DNA from: Planctomycetota bacterium | Lineage (GTDB): Bacteria > Planctomycetota > UBA1135 > UBA2386 | Direction: 5' to 3' | DNA length: 64,000 bases | NCBI GenBank assembly: GCA_046290465.1 | Contig: JBKAGP010000001.1 | Span: forward strand, 3,264,001-3,328,000 | In this document: one piece after another, positions 9,024-18,592 of the stretch | Position numbering within the stretch: the stretch's first letter is position 1 | How the letters are laid out: the number at the start of each line of letters is the position of its first letter | Position numbers and translations under genes: made by a program | The notes under the pieces: generated by a model | Told to the model about the DNA's origin: nothing | What the model saw: the letters and a program-made list of their open reading frames with translations, nothing else | The model's database searches: none

Positions 9024-10454
9024 TCAGCGCGCCGCCGCCTCCGGCAGGCCGCCGCCGAGCGCCTTGAACAGCGCGATCAGGTGGCCGGCGACCGCCGCGT
9101 CACTGCTCGCGAGGTCGTCCTCGACGGTCGCGACCACGCGCTCCGAGTCGAGCACGGCCTGGAAGTCCGACAGCCCTTCGCGGTACTGCGTGCGCGCCAG
9201 CTCGGACGCCCGGCGGGCCTCGGCGGCGGCCGCCGCCAGCGCGGCGCGACGTTCGCGCTCGTGCACCAACGACGCCATCGCGTTCTCCGCCTCCTCGACG
9301 GCCAGCCGCACCGTCTGCTCGAAGTCGACGCGCGCCGCCTCGGCGGTCGCCTGTTGCGCCAGCACCCGCTGCTTCAGGCGATCGCCGTCCAGCAGGTTCC
9401 AGCTGACCGACGGGCCGAACCCGGACACGTCGCTGCTGCTGTCGAACAGGTCCTTGGCGGTGTTGGCGGCCAGACCGATCTGGCCGCTCAACGTGAACCG
9501 CGGGTAGCGCTCGGCATCGACGGCGCCGACGCGCGCGACCTCGGCGGCGAACGCGCGCTCGGCGCGGCGCACGTCGGGTCGGCGACGCAGCAGGTCGGCC
9601 GGCGCCCCCACCGCGATCTTCGCCGGGATCCCCGGCATGCGCGCCGCCTCCGCGGAGCCGAGCAGGTCGGCCGGCAGCGCGTCGGGCGCGCCGCCGAGCA
9701 GCGTCGCCAACCGGTTGCCCGCGGTCACGGCCGCGGCCTCCAGCTGCGGCAGGCGCGAGCGGGTCGTCTCGACGTTGGTGCGCGCCTGCGCGACGTCGCG
9801 TTCGCCGACCAGCCCCGCCGACAGGCGGGCCTGCACCAGTCCGAGCGTCTGCTCCTGCAGTTCGAGGTTGGCGCGACCGATCGTCAGCCGCCGCTGCGCC
9901 GCGCGCAGGTCGACATCGGTGCGCGCGACCTCGGCCGCGACGCTGAGCGCCGCCCCCTGCAGGTCGAACGTGCTGGCCTGCAGGTCGGCGTCGGCCGCCT
10001 CGACCGAGCGACGCACCCGCCCCCACAGATCCAGTTCCCAGGCCGCGTCGAGGGTGATCTGGTGGATGTCGGTCCGCGGGATGAACGCGCCGAACGGCGT
10101 GTTGCGGCTCTCGCGGCGATACGTGTAGGAGCCGTTGGCGTCGACCTGCGGCCAGCGATCGGCCTTGGCGATGCCGAGCTGCGCCCGGGTCGCATCGAGC
10201 CGCGCGAAGCTCGCCCGCAGGTCGAGGTTCTGGCGCAGCGCCTGCTCGACCAGTTCGCCGAGCAGCGGATCGTCGAACGTGCGCCACCAGGCGTCGTCAC
10301 GGACCGGCCCCGGATCGAGCACCGCGTCGTCCGCGCCGCGCCAGGCGGTCGGCATCTCCAGCTCGGGATGCTGGTATTCGGGACCGACCGCGCAGGCGGC
10401 CAACAGCGCCGCCGTCAGCAGCGCGGCGCGCGTAGGAAGCAGGGGATGGCTCAT
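9024..10454 (-). CDS. RND efflux outer-membrane lipoprotein (OprM/NodT family)
   Basis: Lipobox LAAC-AVGP, WELDLWG, LLRRRPDV, LFKALGGG; ATGA overlap with the permease stop. Confidence 0.92.
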   Translation of the reverse strand: MSHPLLPTRAALLTAALLAACAVGPEYQHPELEMPTAWRGADDAVLDPGPVRDDAWWRTFDDPLLGELVEQALRQNLDLRASFARLDATRAQLGIAKADRWPQVDANGSYTYRRESRNTPFGAFIPRTDIHQITLDAAWELDLWGRVRRSVEAADADLQASTFDLQGAALSVAAEVARTDVDLRAAQRRLTIGRANLELQEQTLGLVQARLSAGLVGERDVAQARTNVETTRSRLPQLEAAAVTAGNRLATLLGGAPDALPADLLGSAEAARMPGIPAKIAVGAPADLLRRRPDVRRAERAFAAEVARVGAVDAERYPRFTLSGQIGLAANTAKDLFDSSSDVSGFGPSVSWNLLDGDRLKQRVLAQQATAEAARVDFEQTVRLAVEEAENAMASLVHERERRAALAAAAAEARRASELARTQYREGLSDFQAVLDSERVVATVEDDLASSDAAVAGHLIALFKALGGGLPEAAAR

Positions 10455-13400
10455 GCGAACTCCTCCACCAGCTCGCCGCTGGCGAGCCCATCGGTTTCGT
10501 CGGCGCGGGCCGCCACCTTCTGGTGGTCGGTCGCGAGCAGCAGGTAGAAGATCGGCACGATGAACAGCGTGAACACGGTGCCGATCGCCATGCCGGCGAC
10601 CAGCACGATGCCGATGCTGTTGCGCGCCGCCGCGCCGGGCCCCGCCACGAACACCAGCAGCACGTGGCCGAAGATCGTCGCCGCGGTGGTCATCAACACC
10701 GGCCGCAGACGCGTCGCGGCGGCCTCGCGGAGCGCCGCCAGCTTGTCCTTGCCGCGCTCCTGCAGCGTGTTGGCGAACTCGACGATCAGGATGCCGTTCT
10801 TGGCGATCAGTCCGACCAGCGTGATCAACCCGACCTGCGAGTAGACGTTGATGGTCGCGGTCGCCGCGGTCAACTGCACCTCGAGATACGGGAACAGCAG
10901 CGCCGCCGAGATCGTCAGCGGCACCGAACCGAGCAGCACGATCAGCGGATCGCGGAAGCTGCGGAACTGCGCGGCCAGCACCAGGTAGACCAGCAGGATC
11001 GCGAACGCGAACGTGGTGACCAGCGACGAGCTCTCGGCGCGGATCTGCCGCGACTCGCCGGCGTAGTCGAGCGTCACGCCCGGCCCGGCGACCGCCGCCG
11101 CCGCCTCTTCGAGCACGCGCAGACCTTCTTCCTTGGTGACGCCGGGAGCGAGCCCGCCGAACACCTTGACGGCGTTGCGCTGCTGGAAGCGGTTGAGCGT
11201 GCGCGGCGCGGCGACCGCCTCGATCGTCACGAACGACGACACCGGCACCAGGTCGCCCTGCGGCGTCTTGATCTTGAGGTCGAGCAGCGGGCCGACGGTG
11301 GCGCGGTCCTCGCGACCGATCTGCGGGATCACCTTGTAGCTGCGGTCGTGGTAGTTGAACCGGTTGACGTAGCCGCCACCGAGCAACGCGCCGAGCTCGC
11401 TGCCGACCGTTCGCAGGTCCATGCCGAGGTCGGCGACGCGTTCGCGGTCGACGCGCACGCGCGCCTCCGGACGGTCGATCTTCAGGTTGGTGTCGACGTA
11501 GAAGAACTTGCCGCTCTGCCAGCCGGCGCCGACCACGGCCATGGTCGTCTCCAGCAGCTGTTCGAGCGGCTGCGCGCTCTGCAGCACCAGCTCGACGTCG
11601 TGCTGGCCGGAGGTCGGCAGCGGCGGGTCGAGACGCGGGAAGACCCGCGCACCCGGCACCTGCGAGACCTTGCCGAACAGCTCGGGATACAGATCCCGCG
11701 TCGAGCGATCGCGCTCCTTCCAGTCCTTGGCCACCATGCCGCCGAAGCCGCCCCAGTCGGCGACCAGCGACCACATGAAGCGGGTCTCCGGCAACGTGTG
11801 CACCTGCTCGACGACCTGCCGCGACGCGTCGTCGACGGCCTCGAGGGTCGCGTCGGGCGCGACGTCGAAGAACAGGCTGACGTGGCTCTGGTCCTCGACC
11901 GGCGCCAGCTCGCGCTGCGAACCCTCGTAGAGCGGCCAGGCGGCCAGCGCGACCAGCGCGGCGGCGGCGACGACCGCCCAGCGGATCGCCAGCGCCGCGT
12001 CGAGCGCGCGCGTGTAGGCGCCGCGAAGCCGCACGAACACCGCGTCGACCAGCTTGCTGAGGCGCGGCTGGCGGCCGTGCGGCCGGACCATCCACGCGCT
12101 CATCACCGGCGACAGCGTGATCGCGACGAAGCCCGACACCAGCACGGCGGCGGCCAGCGTGATCGCGAACTCGAGGAACAGCGCGCCGGTCAGTCCGCCC
12201 TGGAAGCCGATCGGCGTGTAGACGGCGGCCAGCGTGATCGTCATCGCGATGATCGGACCGACCAGTTCGCGCGCGGCTTCGGCCGCGGCCTGCAGGCGCG
12301 ACTTGCCCATGCGCACGTGGCGTTCGACGTTCTCGACGACGACGATCGCGTCGTCGACGACCAGCCCGACCGACAGCACGATCGCGAGGATCGTCAGCAG
12401 GTTGAGCGAGAACCCGAACGCCGCCATCACGACCGCGGCGCCGATCAGCGACACCGGCATCGCGACCAGCGGCACCAGCGCGGTGCGCACCGAGCCGAGG
12501 AACAGGAACACGATCAGTCCGACGATCAGGATCGTCTCGATCAGCGTCCACGAGATCTCGGTCAGCGCGTCGCGCATGAACACCGTGCCGTCGTAGGCGA
12601 GGCGCATGTCGAAGTCCGGCGGCAGCGTCTCCTGCAGCTGCGCCATCTCGGCGACCAGCCGTTCCTGGACCTGGATCTCGTTGGCGCCGACCAGCGGCCA
12701 GACGCCGAGGTAGACCGACGGCGTCTGGTCGTACTTCGCCATGAACTGCGCCTCTTCGGCGTCGAGTTCGACCCTGGCGATGTCGCGCATGCGCACGATC
12801 GCGCCGCCGCGGTCGGCGACGATCAGTTCTTCGAACTGCTCGACGGTGCGCAGGTCGGTGTCCGCCAGCAGGTTGACCTGCACCAGGTTGCCCTTGGTCT
12901 GGCCGACCGCCGCGAGGTAGTTGTTGCGCTGGATCGCCGCGTAGACGTCGCCAGGCGCCAGGTTGACCGCCGCCAGCGCGTCCGGATCGATCCAGATGCG
13001 CATCGCCAGCGGCCGACCGCCCTCCTGGTTGGTGACCTTCTGCACCCCGTCGATCGTGGCCAGCTGCGGCTGCACCTCGCGGGTCAGGTAGTCGGTGATC
13101 TCGGCGAGGCTGCGCTGGTCGGACGTGAAGCTCAGGTAGAACGACGCATACGGCCGGTCGGCCCGCTGCACCGCCACCGACGGCGGCTCGGCCTCGGTCG
13201 GCAGTTCGCTGCGGACCTGCTGCAGCTGCGCCGTGACCTCGGCCAACGCGCGGGTCGTGTCGTAGCCGAGCTGCAGGCGGATCGTCACCGCGCTGAGCCC
13301 CTGGCGACTCTCGGACTCGACGTGGTCGACGCCGCCGATCGACGACACCGCCCGTTCGATCGGCGTGGTCAGGAAGCCGCGCACGGTCTCGGCGCTGGCG

Positions 13401-13561
13401 CCGGTGTAGACGGTGTTGACGAGGATCGACGCGCTGTCGAGCGACGGGTACTGCTGGACCGGCAGCGACGTCGCCACGCGCACGCCGACCAGGATCAGCG
13501 CGAGGTTGACGACCAGCGCCAGCACCGGGTGCCGGACGAAGATATCGGTTATGGATCGCAT
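10451..13561 (-). CDS. RND efflux permease (MexI/MexW-like, AcrB/D/F family)
   Basis: Proton-relay motifs GLVVDDAIVVVENV, AKNGILIVEFA, RLRPVLMT; 1036 aa. Confidence 0.95.
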   Translation of the reverse strand: MRSITDIFVRHPVLALVVNLALILVGVRVATSLPVQQYPSLDSASILVNTVYTGASAETVRGFLTTPIERAVSSIGGVDHVESESRQGLSAVTIRLQLGYDTTRALAEVTAQLQQVRSELPTEAEPPSVAVQRADRPYASFYLSFTSDQRSLAEITDYLTREVQPQLATIDGVQKVTNQEGGRPLAMRIWIDPDALAAVNLAPGDVYAAIQRNNYLAAVGQTKGNLVQVNLLADTDLRTVEQFEELIVADRGGAIVRMRDIARVELDAEEAQFMAKYDQTPSVYLGVWPLVGANEIQVQERLVAEMAQLQETLPPDFDMRLAYDGTVFMRDALTEISWTLIETILIVGLIVFLFLGSVRTALVPLVAMPVSLIGAAVVMAAFGFSLNLLTILAIVLSVGLVVDDAIVVVENVERHVRMGKSRLQAAAEAARELVGPIIAMTITLAAVYTPIGFQGGLTGALFLEFAITLAAAVLVSGFVAITLSPVMSAWMVRPHGRQPRLSKLVDAVFVRLRGAYTRALDAALAIRWAVVAAAALVALAAWPLYEGSQRELAPVEDQSHVSLFFDVAPDATLEAVDDASRQVVEQVHTLPETRFMWSLVADWGGFGGMVAKDWKERDRSTRDLYPELFGKVSQVPGARVFPRLDPPLPTSGQHDVELVLQSAQPLEQLLETTMAVVGAGWQSGKFFYVDTNLKIDRPEARVRVDRERVADLGMDLRTVGSELGALLGGGYVNRFNYHDRSYKVIPQIGREDRATVGPLLDLKIKTPQGDLVPVSSFVTIEAVAAPRTLNRFQQRNAVKVFGGLAPGVTKEEGLRVLEEAAAAVAGPGVTLDYAGESRQIRAESSSLVTTFAFAILLVYLVLAAQFRSFRDPLIVLLGSVPLTISAALLFPYLEVQLTAATATINVYSQVGLITLVGLIAKNGILIVEFANTLQERGKDKLAALREAAATRLRPVLMTTAATIFGHVLLVFVAGPGAAARNSIGIVLVAGMAIGTVFTLFIVPIFYLLLATDHQKVAARADETDGLASGELVEEFA

Positions 13562-13572
13562 CGCTGGGGACC

Positions 13573-14736
13573 TCAGTTGGGCTTCTGGGCCATCTCGGGC
13601 GCAGTCGATTCGGGGCCAGTCGATGCAGAGCCAGTCGATTCAGGTGCGGCGAGCACGACCAACGCCCCCTGACGGAGCTTGAAGGAGCCGGTCGTCGCGA
13701 TCAGCTCACCCTCGTCGACGCCGCGTTCGATGACCACCAGGTCGCCGAGCACGGCACCGCTGGTGACGCGACGCATCGCCGCGCGCAGCTGGCCGCCATC
13801 GGCCTCCGCCACGACGAACACGCTGTTGCCCGCCGGGCCGCGCCGCAGCGCGCTGACCGGCACGACGACCACCTTTCGCGGTGCGGCGACCGGCACGCGC
13901 ACGCGCACCGACGCGCCGGGGCGCGGCATCGGGTCGACGCCCGCGAGCACGGCGCGGACCTGGCGGTTGCGGGTCGCGGCGTCGATGCGCGCGTCGAGCG
14001 CCTCGATGCGCGCACGCACCGGCTGCTCCCTCCCGCCGACGAACACCTCGATCTCGCCGTCGACGTGCAGCGCGCGGGCCACCTCCTGGGTCACGGGGAA
14101 GTCGCAGTGCACCGAGTCGGCGACGCCCTGCAGCGTCGTGATCTCGGTGCCGGGCTGCAGGTACTGGCCGACGTGCAGGTCGACCAGACCGACGACCGCG
14201 TCGAACGGCGCGCGCAGCCGCTTCTGCTCGATCAACGCCTCGAGCCGCTGCACGTTGGCCACGGCCATGTCCCGTTCGGCGCGGGCGCGGTCGACGTCGG
14301 CCTCGGGGGCGCCCTGCCGTTCGAGCGCGCGCTCCATGCGGCCGAGCATCGACTCGGCGAGTCGCGCCTCGGCCTGCAGCGCGGCCAGCTGCGCCTGCTC
14401 GACCGCGACGTCCATCTCGACCAGCAGGTCGCCGGCATCGACGCGCTGTCCGGTGCTCAGCTTGACCTGGCGCACGGTGCCGGCGAGTTCGTTGCGCAGC
14501 GTGATCGAACGCAGCGCGCGAACGGTGCCGATCGCGGAGCTGGTCTGCGTCCACTGCGTGGTCGTCGCAGGCTCGGCGCGGATCGCCTCGGCGGGTTCGG
14601 GTTGGGACGAAGCGGCGGCGGCGGCCGCTTCGCGCGCGCGCTGCTTGTAGAGCCAGGCGGCGTAGGCGGAACCGCCGACGGCGCCGAGCAGCAGCACGGC
14701 ACCGAGGACGGTGAGGAGGGTCTTCTTGGCAGACAT
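13573..14736 (-). CDS. RND efflux periplasmic adaptor (membrane fusion protein)
   Basis: N-terminal TM helix, lipoyl-like G.V..V....GQ.V..GD, LRAPFDAVVG, VVVPVSAL. Confidence 0.92.
   Translation of the reverse strand: MSAKKTLLTVLGAVLLLGAVGGSAYAAWLYKQRAREAAAAAASSQPEPAEAIRAEPATTTQWTQTSSAIGTVRALRSITLRNELAGTVRQVKLSTGQRVDAGDLLVEMDVAVEQAQLAALQAEARLAESMLGRMERALERQGAPEADVDRARAERDMAVANVQRLEALIEQKRLRAPFDAVVGLVDLHVGQYLQPGTEITTLQGVADSVHCDFPVTQEVARALHVDGEIEVFVGGREQPVRARIEALDARIDAATRNRQVRAVLAGVDPMPRPGASVRVRVPVAAPRKVVVVPVSALRRGPAGNSVFVVAEADGGQLRAAMRRVTSGAVLGDLVVIERGVDEGELIATTGSFKLRQGALVVLAAPESTGSASTGPESTAPEMAQKPN
13602..13646. repeat. 3x15-bp in-frame tandem repeat (ESTG-like) at the adaptor C-terminus
   Basis: CAGTCGAT at 13602, 13617 and 13632. 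Confidence 0.7.
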
Positions 14737-14834
14737 GTTCGGGGCGTTCGGTCGGCAGCGGCGCTGCGCGTTCGGGTCGGATCGCGAAGGTGACGATCGA
14801 GGACGAAGGAAAGTGACAGGCGTTCGCGAAGGCC

Positions 14835-15437
14835 TCAGGTCTTGGGCCGCAACAGCGAGTCGAAGGCGAGGTCGAGGAAGTCGTCGAGCGGGGCCATGCT
14901 GTGCTCGACCTGCATGCGCATGGTCGCCCCCTCCCACAGCATCACGAGCAGCGAGGCGAGCCGTTCGGGCGTCTGGTCGGACCGGATGACGCCCAGGGCC
15001 TGGCCCTCGCGCACCGCGACGGCGAGCTGCGACGTCCACTCGCGGTAGGCGCGCTGCACGGCCTCCAGGACCGGTGCGCTGAGGTGCGCGGTCTCGAGCG
15101 CGAGCTTGGGGATCAGGCAGGTGCTGGTCGGCCCGAGCTCCGCGCATTCGGCGCGGATCGTCTCGAACACGCGCCGCAGGCGATCGACCGGCGGGGTGGC
15201 GGGGTCCGACACCAGCCCTTCGAGCTCCTCCAGGTGCTCCGCCGTGGCGCGCTCGACGAGCGCCACCCCGAACTCCTCCTTCGAACCGAAGTGGTGATAG
15301 AAGGAGCCTTTGGGGACACCGGCGTGCTGCAGGACCTCGTTCAGGCCGCACGCGTGGAAGCCCTTCTTGGTGAACAGCTCCGCGCCGGCCTCGAGCAGCC
15401 GGGTGCGGGTATCGGGTTCTCGGGATGCGGGGGTCAT
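14835..15437 (-). CDS. TetR family regulator, NemR-like
   Basis: GLNEVLQHAGVPKGSFYHHFGSKEEFG; CLIPKL; WEGA. Confidence 0.88.
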   Translation of the reverse strand: MTPASREPDTRTRLLEAGAELFTKKGFHACGLNEVLQHAGVPKGSFYHHFGSKEEFGVALVERATAEHLEELEGLVSDPATPPVDRLRRVFETIRAECAELGPTSTCLIPKLALETAHLSAPVLEAVQRAYREWTSQLAVAVREGQALGVIRSDQTPERLASLLVMLWEGATMRMQVEHSMAPLDDFLDLAFDSLLRPKT

Positions 15438-15452
15438 GGGAGCAATGGGGCG

Positions 15453-15492
15453 AGACCGACCGGTCGGTCTAATATTGGACCGACTGGTCTAA
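15453..15492. promoter_or_regulatory. Tandem NemR-box-like operators
   Basis: Perfect palindrome AGACCGACCGGTCGGTCT (15453-15470) and TGGACCGACTGGTCTA (15476-15491), matching TAGACC-N4-GGTCTA. Confidence 0.75.
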
Positions 15493-15600
15493 TCCAACGC
15501 GCCGACAGACCAAGGCCCGAGCCGAAGAAATCTGCGCAGCCGGGAGAGATCCCACGTGCGCGCCCTCCAGTCCGCCCCCCGTCGTGCCGATGCCACCGGC

Positions 15601-16092
15601 ATGACGACGCGTGTGTCGATACTGCTGCTGCTCGCCATCCCCGCCGCCTGCACCGGCGCCGACGCCGACGCCGACCGCGCCGCGCGGGCGTTCGCGAGCT
15701 TCCAGTCGGCGCTGCAGACCCGCGACGAGCCGGGCTGCCGGTCGCTGCTGACCAGCGAGTCCCGGCAGGCGCTCGCCGACCTGCCGTGGGACCGACTGGC
15801 CGGGCGGCAACCGCTGCAGGTGCGCGGCGCCCGCCGCGTCGCCAACGGCTGCGAGTACCTGGTCGACGTGACCGACCCCAACGAGGCCGACCAGGCGGGC
15901 CAGTTCGTCGTCGTGCGCGAACACGGTCGCTTCGTCGTCGACCTCGTCGCCAGCGCCGGGCTGACCGCGCAGACGATCGAAGCCAGCGGCAGCCGCGAGG
16001 AGTTCACACCGACGCCGCTGCAGCCCGCCGACTTCGATCGCATCCGCGAGTACGAGCTGAGCCAGCCGCCGGCGAATCCTCGCGGGAACTGA
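15601..16092 (+). CDS. Putative lipoprotein
   Basis: Hydrophobic leader with PAAC lipobox. Confidence 0.65.
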   Translation: MTTRVSILLLLAIPAACTGADADADRAARAFASFQSALQTRDEPGCRSLLTSESRQALADLPWDRLAGRQPLQVRGARRVANGCEYLVDVTDPNEADQAGQFVVVREHGRFVVDLVASAGLTAQTIEASGSREEFTPTPLQPADFDRIREYELSQPPANPRGN

Positions 16093-16133
16093 TGCAGGCC
16101 GAGCCGTAGCACGGCTACGCTTCAGCCTCAGCC

Positions 16134-17072
16134 ATGACGGAAACTCGTAAGACCCTGATCCTCGGTTCCGGCCCCGCCGGCTACACCGCCGCCATCTACG
16201 CTGCCCGTGCCAACCTCGAGCCGATCCTGCTCGCCGGCAACCAGCCGGGTGGCCAGCTGACGATCACGAACGACGTCGAGAACTACCCGGGCTACCCCAA
16301 CGGCATCATGGGCCCGGAGATGATGCAGCACTTCCGCGATCAGGCGGCCCGCTTCGGCACCGAGATCCACGACGTGATGGCCAACAAGGTCGACCTGAGC
16401 AAGCGGCCGTTCACCGTCGAGACCGAGAACGGCGAGACCTACCAGTCCGAGACGCTGATCATCTCGACCGGCGCCAGCGCGCTCTACCTCGGCCTCGAGA
16501 ACGAGACCAAGCTGCAGGGCCGCGGCGTCTCGGCGTGCGCGACCTGCGACGGCTTCTTCTTCAAGAACAAGCACGTCTACGTGGTCGGTGGCGGTGACAC
16601 CGCGTGCGAGGAGGCGACGTTCTTGACCAAGTACGCGAGCAAGGTGTCGATGGTCGTTCGCCGCGACCAGATGCGCGCTTCGAAGATCATGCAGGACCGC
16701 GCGCTGAAGCACGACAAGATCGAGGTGCTGTGGGAGACGCAGGTCACCGACGTGCTCGACGTCGAGAAGGGCCGCGTCACCGGCCTCGAGTTGACCAGCA
16801 GCAAGACCGGCGACAAGCGCGAGGTCGAGGCGGACGGCCTGTTCCTCGCGATCGGCCACAAGCCCAACACCGAGCTGTTCCAGGGCGTGCTCGACATGGA
16901 CGACGTCGGCTACCTGAAGACCGAGCCCGGCAAGACCGCGATGAACATCCCCGGCGTGTTCGCCGCCGGCGACTGCCAGGACAGCTACTACCGCCAGGCG
17001 GTCACCGCCGCGGGCACCGGCTGCATGGCCGCGATCGAGGCCGAGCGCTGGCTCGAAGAGCAGCACGGCTAG
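16134..17072 (+). CDS. trxB: Thioredoxin reductase
   Basis: GSGPAG, CATCDG, VVGGGDTA, RQAVTAAGTGC. Confidence 0.97.
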   Translation: MTETRKTLILGSGPAGYTAAIYAARANLEPILLAGNQPGGQLTITNDVENYPGYPNGIMGPEMMQHFRDQAARFGTEIHDVMANKVDLSKRPFTVETENGETYQSETLIISTGASALYLGLENETKLQGRGVSACATCDGFFFKNKHVYVVGGGDTACEEATFLTKYASKVSMVVRRDQMRASKIMQDRALKHDKIEVLWETQVTDVLDVEKGRVTGLELTSSKTGDKREVEADGLFLAIGHKPNTELFQGVLDMDDVGYLKTEPGKTAMNIPGVFAAGDCQDSYYRQAVTAAGTGCMAAIEAERWLEEQHG

Positions 17073-17122
17073 GACCTGCTGCGGGAAGGCGGCGTGTACG
17101 CGTGCGGACGGGGCTTTGCCGG

Positions 17123-18532
17123 CTAGCGCCTTCGCGGGCGGGCCAGCAAGGCCAGCGCCAACGGCACCCAGACGCCGCAGGTCGCGATCCACCACTGTGC
17201 CGGTTCGTCGAAGCGGCGCAAGCCGGCCCAGGCGAGGTAGCAGAGCGGTGCCGTGAACGTCGCGGCGATCGCGAAGCGGCGCAGGAACCCGCGCTCGAGC
17301 AACAACCCGAACGGCAGCCACCAGACATGGTACCAGCTGCCGAACAGCGCGCTGCCGAACAGCGCGAGCGCGAACAGCGACGACGCGGTCGCGAACACCA
17401 GTTCGCGCGGTTCGGGTCGGCGCCACATCCGAACACTGCACCAGCCGACCCACGCGATCACGCCGAGGCGGCCGATCCGCACCAGTTGGTCCTTTGGCAG
17501 CCCCGTCCAGCGCTGCACGCTCCACAGCAGGCTGGCACCCTCGAGGTCGTCCTGGCGCGCCATGACCTCGCTGATCCCCTGCTCCCCGGCGAAGAACTGC
17601 AGCGCGAACGCCGCGACCGCCAGCAGCGACAGCACCACCCCGACGGCCAGCGACCCGAGCCGCCGAGTGCGCAGCGCCCCCGCGAACCAGACCGGCCCGA
17701 GCAGCGCCGGCACGACCTTGGCGAGCGCGCCGGCGGTCAGCGCGACGGTCGCGATCGCGTAGCGCGAACCGATCGCCGCGACGACTGCCAGCGCCAGGCA
17801 CACCAGCACCAGACCGTCGTTGTGCGCGTTGGCGACGCAGCTGTCGAGCAACAGCGGATTCCAGGTGACCGCGACGAACGCCGCCGGCTCGCTGCCAGGG
17901 CGTAGCGTCGCCGCGATCCGCCACACCAGCGCGCCGATCCACAGCATCGCGCCCGCGAACACCAGCTTGAACAGGCCGAGGCCGACGATCAGCTCGATCC
18001 GCGGGGAGACCGGCAGCAGGTGCGCGAGCCAGGCGATCGCGCCCTGCAGGTTGGCGACCAGCGGGCCGTACGGCAGCGGCATGTCCTTCCAGCCGCGATC
18101 GCCGAACGCCAGGAACGGGTCATCGGGATAGTCGAGCGCGACGTCGTGGTAGGGATTGCCGCCGTGCACCGCCATCACCCGGCCGCGCACGACGTAGTCG
18201 ATCGGGTCGGTCGTCAGGAACAGCGGCACGCAGACGGCGAGCAGCAGGATCGGCAGCGAGATGCGGACCAGCTGCCCGAGCGAGGCGGCGCCGCCCTGCG
18301 CGCAGCGCCGCCAAGCGCGCCACCATGCGAGCCCACCGATCGCCGCGAACGCGATCAGACAGCAGGCCTCCAGCGCGTTGAGCAGCGGCAGCAGCCACGG
18401 TTGCTCGGGGTGCCTGCCCCAGACCAGGTTGTGCCGCAGGCCGGCAGCAACCATCAGCAGCAGTGCAAGGCACAGCCACCGCCGATGGCGGGCCAGGTCG
18501 GCGAGCAGCGGAGATTCGGCGGGCGAGGGCAT
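17123..18532 (-). CDS. GT-C polyprenol-phosphate-sugar glycosyltransferase (MptA/MptB-like)
   Basis: TTDPIDY...GRV....GGNPY, PYGPL, WNPL, AHND, K, WY motifs; multiple TM segments. Confidence 0.75.
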   Translation of the reverse strand: MPSPAESPLLADLARHRRWLCLALLLMVAAGLRHNLVWGRHPEQPWLLPLLNALEACCLIAFAAIGGLAWWRAWRRCAQGGAASLGQLVRISLPILLLAVCVPLFLTTDPIDYVVRGRVMAVHGGNPYHDVALDYPDDPFLAFGDRGWKDMPLPYGPLVANLQGAIAWLAHLLPVSPRIELIVGLGLFKLVFAGAMLWIGALVWRIAATLRPGSEPAAFVAVTWNPLLLDSCVANAHNDGLVLVCLALAVVAAIGSRYAIATVALTAGALAKVVPALLGPVWFAGALRTRRLGSLAVGVVLSLLAVAAFALQFFAGEQGISEVMARQDDLEGASLLWSVQRWTGLPKDQLVRIGRLGVIAWVGWCSVRMWRRPEPRELVFATASSLFALALFGSALFGSWYHVWWLPFGLLLERGFLRRFAIAATFTAPLCYLAWAGLRRFDEPAQWWIATCGVWVPLALALLARPRRR

Positions 18533-18592
18533 GCGAGGGCGCAGGTTTTCCGCGCTGGCCACGCCCGCCGCAACGTCGCGGTCCGGTTTCCG

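Noticed and set aside
6099..13672. Very long plus-strand ORFs (1482 aa and 1049 aa)
   Set aside because: They are antisense shadows of clear minus-strand genes in high-GC DNA, are Arg-rich and carry no motifs.
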